This document shows, one piece after another, positions 60,601-64,000 of a DNA stretch of 64,000 nucleotides. A model generated the notes under the pieces. That model saw only the letters and a list, made by a program, of their open reading frames with translations. It was not told the DNA's origin and did not search any database. Source of the DNA: Nemertoderma westbladi. Lineage: Eukaryota; Animalia; Xenacoelomorpha. The DNA lies in assembly GCA_032718475.1 (NCBI GenBank), contig JAUCBJ010008936.1:69357-133356 (forward strand). The letters run 5' to 3'. The first letter of the stretch is position 1. The number at the start of each line of letters is the position of its first letter. Both the position numbers and the translations under genes were made by a program.

Positions 60601-61160
60601 TATCACTGACCTGGCCATGCTGACTGTACCTCCGTAGATCGAAGTTAAACGATCGTACGCTAGTTCGAAGGCGTCCGGTACACCAACGAAGGTCTCCGCC
60701 AAACGTTTAGGTTCTCCCGACAACGTTTGAAGCAGGTAATTAAACTTCTCCCGTGATGTAAAGGCGCACACGGCGATCTGAGATTCGATATAGTCTACGA
60801 AAGTGTGCCAGTGTTTTGAGCTACCGGAAAACTTAGGTGGTTGTTGCACCGGTAGTCCTTGTCTAGCTGCGAATTTCGCTATTTCTTCTGCAACGTTCAG
60901 AGTTTCGCGTCCTTGGTTGGTAATCTGGTTGATGTCCCTTCTTGGCGCTTTTCCCTGATCACTTGTGTCCTTCTGGGCTCCTCCCCGAGGCGCACCCACG
61001 AGGCGGACACCTTTCCACCACCCCTGGGGCCAGTCCGACTGCTTGTTATTATCAGACCGGGCCGGAGGGTGGCCTGATGCTTCCCGGGTTCTGTTTTCGG
61101 TCCCCCGATCACACCAGCACAGCTCGTCGAACGTGTAGCTAGATGGGCGGCTACTGTCAA
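54626..61160 (-). pseudogene. BEL/Pao gag-pol polyprotein, interrupted by a few stops and frameshifts
   Basis: Gag PKFSG..W..F; BEL triple knuckle ending CPSCGRNHDGLLH; protease LDSAS; RT YLPHH, RVVND, DVEAMF, FYVDD; RNase H FSDAS, PRAELQAA, NPADIASRG; integrase H..H..CIIC, IDCFGP, SDQGTNF, GGVWERLI; C-terminal DGVTRTV. Stops at 57730 and 56467, and a 4-bp duplication frameshift at ~55390. Confidence 0.95.
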
Positions 61161-61558
61161 CTTACTGTGGCCTGACTGTACATTGAGCCAACTCAAAGTA
61201 TAACAAAGAGTCAACCGGCAGGTGGACCAGTCGATAGCGATCGAGCACCAAGGTCGCCCTTGGGCCTAACCGACGGTCTTGTCCCAAGCGGGCTTGCGCT
61301 ACCCAACATGGAATATTGACACGTTTTCACCTGCCTCGCCGGCAGTATTGAGGGGACACCGTTCCTCAACAATACTGACTAGCTCGAAAGCTAGGAACAA
61401 GTAACCAAAAGTTGTAATAAGGTTGTAATAAAATGAGTACTAAGCCAAACTACTCGACCCTCAACAGGCTCTAGTTGGCAATGATCTCCACATCCTATGA
61501 ATAATTTTCCACCAAATTGCCTTTATGAGTAGTATGCTAAACACCTGGATTGAGACAG

Positions 61559-61939
61559 TGTCTGCCATAGTCTACCATGTTAAAGAATTTGCCGAACGGC
61601 TCTTGCCCCGCCTACTTACTATGATTACTATTGTTGCCCCACCCACTTACTATGGTTACTATGGTTACCATTGTGCATATGTAACATATGTCACCACTGT
61701 GTATATGTGACATATGCGGTATAAGGCCAGTCCACAGACGGAAGTAATTTAATTAATTCGTGTCTACCGGTCGGCGTTTGACCTTGAACCGCAATAGGTA
61801 AAACCCAATATAGTAAGTGGGTTGCAGACGTTTGTTATAAAGTGAACAAACCCATAATATTACACCTTTAATTACAGTTGCAACAGCTCATCTCCAATTT
61901 ATTTAATAAAGTCTTTAACATGATAGACTATTACAGACG
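61559..61939. repeat. Segment bounded by 28-bp imperfect inverted repeats (probable non-autonomous DNA element piece)
   Basis: tgtctgccatagtctaccatgttaaaga versus tctttaacatgatagactattacagacg (24/28 match as an inverted repeat). Confidence 0.55.
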
Positions 61940-62002
61940 CAACAACTAAAAAAAGGTGAATAAACACAGACTAACGGCGGCTACCAATATTGTCAAGCAA
62001 TA

Positions 62003-62540
62003 AGTTGTGGGGGCGAGCCGCGAAGTGAGAATAAGGTATTTATAATATTATTTTAATTTGATTATTCTACCTATGGGGGCGAGCCATGAAGTGAGTGATA
62101 GCATCGAAGTAAGGTTATTGTATTTATACTTATCACTACGCAACAAGTTGTGGGGCGAGCCACGAAGTGAGTATAAGGTTATAGTATTTATAATATTATT
62201 TTAATTTGATTATTCTACCTATGGGGCGAGCCATGAAGTGAGTGATAGCATCGAAGTAAGGTTATTTTAATTTGATCATTTACTTAAATCCGACGCCGCT
62301 TTATTTAAAAATTTCTCCCACCACCCCACCCGCTTATCCCGCTATCACCATCTGCCCAATCTTCTTCCTCATCCACAACATCATTACCACTACCACCATC
62401 ACCCGACATCCCCTTCATTCCTTTCCAACATTGAAAAAATGGGGCGAGCCATGAAGCGAGTGAAGCCTTAGCATATGGGCGCCATTAATGAGTTGTGGGG
62501 CGAGCTACGGCGAAGTAAGGTTATTGTATTTATAATATTA
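62003..62540 (+). repeat. Cluster of ~6 repeats ggggcgagccaygaagtgag (related copy at ~33557-33615)
   Basis: Recurring units, including two longer ~145-bp tandem blocks. Confidence 0.8.
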
Positions 62541-62642
62541 TCATTATACCAACAAATTTGATTATTATACTTAAATCCATCACCATTACTATTTTAAAAT
62601 TTCTTCCACCACCTCACCCATTTATCCCACTATCCTCGCTAT

Positions 62643-63059
62643 CTACATCCACCGCATTATTACCATTACCACCACCACCCCATCACCCAACACCTCCATC
62701 ATTCCTTCTAACATCTCAATCCTTTCTTTCATCACCTTCTCCTGCGCACACCTCTCAGCTTCCCTCGCTCTCCTAACCCCCTCAGCCTCCATCTCCAACT
62801 CCCAATCTTCACCCCACGCGCTGTTCTTTCTCGCCTCTTCCTCCAAATAATGGTTCTTCTCTATCTCCTCCCACTTGTTTCTCGGATTTAACAACCTCTC
62901 CAACCGCGCTTCTTCTTTCTCCCTCGCATACATAGCCACCAATATTGCTTCATTCTCCTTCGCTATTTCAGCCGCCACATCCTCATCTTCCTCCTCTTCC
63001 ACCTCTTCCTCCGCATCCATATCTACTTCATCCACCACAAGTTCATTTTCCCCCAACAT
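62643..63059 (-). CDS. Orphan Glu-rich protein, 138 aa
   Basis: ATG-initiated ORF downstream of an AT-rich TATA-like spacer; low-complexity acidic/coiled-coil sequence; no family recognised. Confidence 0.4.
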   Translation of the reverse strand: MLGENELVVDEVDMDAEEEVEEEEDEDVAAEIAKENEAILVAMYAREKEEARLERLLNPRNKWEEIEKNHYLEEEARKNSAWGEDWELEMEAEGVRRAREAERCAQEKVMKERIEMLEGMMEVLGDGVVVVMVIMRWM

Positions 63060-63291
63060 ATCCGCGTATAATAAATAAAATAAAGTAATAAATATATAAA
63101 TATGTGTATAATAATGTATAATACTATAAATAAATTTATATAATATTTATTTCAATCGATAATTCATTATACCAACAAATAATTTACCACCACAAAATAA
63201 TAATAATAATTTAACCGTGCCCGGCTCGTTGCGGCGACACCGCCTACGAACATGGTCTATTTATATAATAAAGTTTCTACCGCTCGAAGAT

Positions 63292-64000
63292 TCACACTGA
63301 ATGTTTATTCTTCTTTATTTGAGGTTGCCCATTAGTCTCGATTTCATTGAAAATGTCTTCACCATCATCCGTATCATTGACGATGTCCTCTTCAAAGTCG
63401 CTGATATCTTCATACTCATAGCTAGGTGTTTTATTCACGATGAGATCAATTTTTCGCTTAAGCGCTTGTTCTTTCATGGCTTTAGGTGTTTTCATCTTCA
63501 TCTGAGCGCTCACACCCCCAACGAGGGTATCAATATCCTTATAATCATTCTTTTTTTCAGTGCTGTCTACCTGTTCATTTTCTGCAATCGCAGGCAACCA
63601 GATTTTTTTCTCATCCATTTTCTTAGCAGCGACTTTTACTGCTTCGGACGTCTTCAGCTGACTAGCATTGTTCGGCATTTCCACTTTCATTAGTTCCTCG
63701 TCCGCTAATTCATCAATCGCAGCCTCAACAACTAACTTTTTAATCGGTAGAAACTCACACCCAGACGGAATATCGCGGTCCGCGTACTTCTGTAATTGCT
63801 TAATTATCTCGACATTTGCGTTGTTTCGAGGGATGAAAATAACCTTGGTGTCGAAGTTGTGGGACAAATATATCCCGTTTTTGTTAACGGTTGATGTGTA
63901 CCTCATACTAACCTCATCGATATTCTCGTTAACATTCTTATCTATGTTAAAGTCGAGCAAACAGAATTCATCCGCTCTGAGATTCAACCCATCGTAATAT
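63292..64000 (-). CDS. Orphan protein, 5'-incomplete (>231 aa), with a globular N-terminal part and an acidic/basic tail
   Basis: Long open frame running to the window edge, intronless in this stretch; no family recognised. Confidence 0.55.
   Translation of the reverse strand, partial: YYDGLNLRADEFCLLDFNIDKNVNENIDEVSMRYTSTVNKNGIYLSHNFDTKVIFIPRNNANVEIIKQLQKYADRDIPSGCEFLPIKKLVVEAAIDELADEELMKVEMPNNASQLKTSEAVKVAAKKMDEKKIWLPAIAENEQVDSTEKKNDYKDIDTLVGGVSAQMKMKTPKAMKEQALKRKIDLIVNKTPSYEYEDISDFEEDIVNDTDDGEDIFNEIETNGQPQIKKNKHSV

Larger units (their letters stand above)
49197..61550 (-). mobile_element. BEL/Pao LTR retrotransposon with an extra 3' ORF and only one visible LTR
   Basis: gag-PR-RT-RH-INT order with BEL signatures, followed by an extra ORF, a PPT and an LTR. 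The 5' boundary is approximate and no matching 5' LTR was found. Confidence 0.9.

Noticed and set aside
61559-61586. 5' LTR end plus PBS of the BEL element (ttaaCA-TGGTAGAC)
   Set aside because: The upstream sequence does not match the LTR at 49197-50332, and the same motif recurs inverted at 61912-61939, so it is better explained as part of another repeat.

Overview
This is AT-rich eukaryotic DNA, most likely from an invertebrate animal (GT-AG introns, metazoan transposon families), and it consists almost entirely of nested mobile elements. No conventional host housekeeping gene was recognised. From left to right: a decayed zinc-finger/tyrosine-recombinase (YR) gene; a piggyBac transposase split into three pieces by a 5.3-kb TSD-bounded insertion (PWWP exon, orphan exon, L2 LINE) and by a near full-length CR1 LINE; an apparently intact 7-kb EnSpm/CACTA-type transposon with two genes; RTE and hAT remnants; an intact three-exon 890-aa C2H2-YR gene whose stop codon abuts a 30-bp satellite, with the whole unit lying between ~1.3-1.6-kb direct repeats; a second CR1 with intact ORF2; a BEL/Pao LTR retrotransposon; and orphan ORFs at the right edge. 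The strongest novelty candidates are (i) the BEL element, which has a ~1200-codon non-env zinc-knuckle ORF, five dispersed copies of a covarying 18-20-nt hairpin, a tRNA-like cassette in its single LTR and a possibly permuted layout, and (ii) the RT-less spliced YR-plus-satellite unit. All family calls come from reading motifs by eye; no database search was run.
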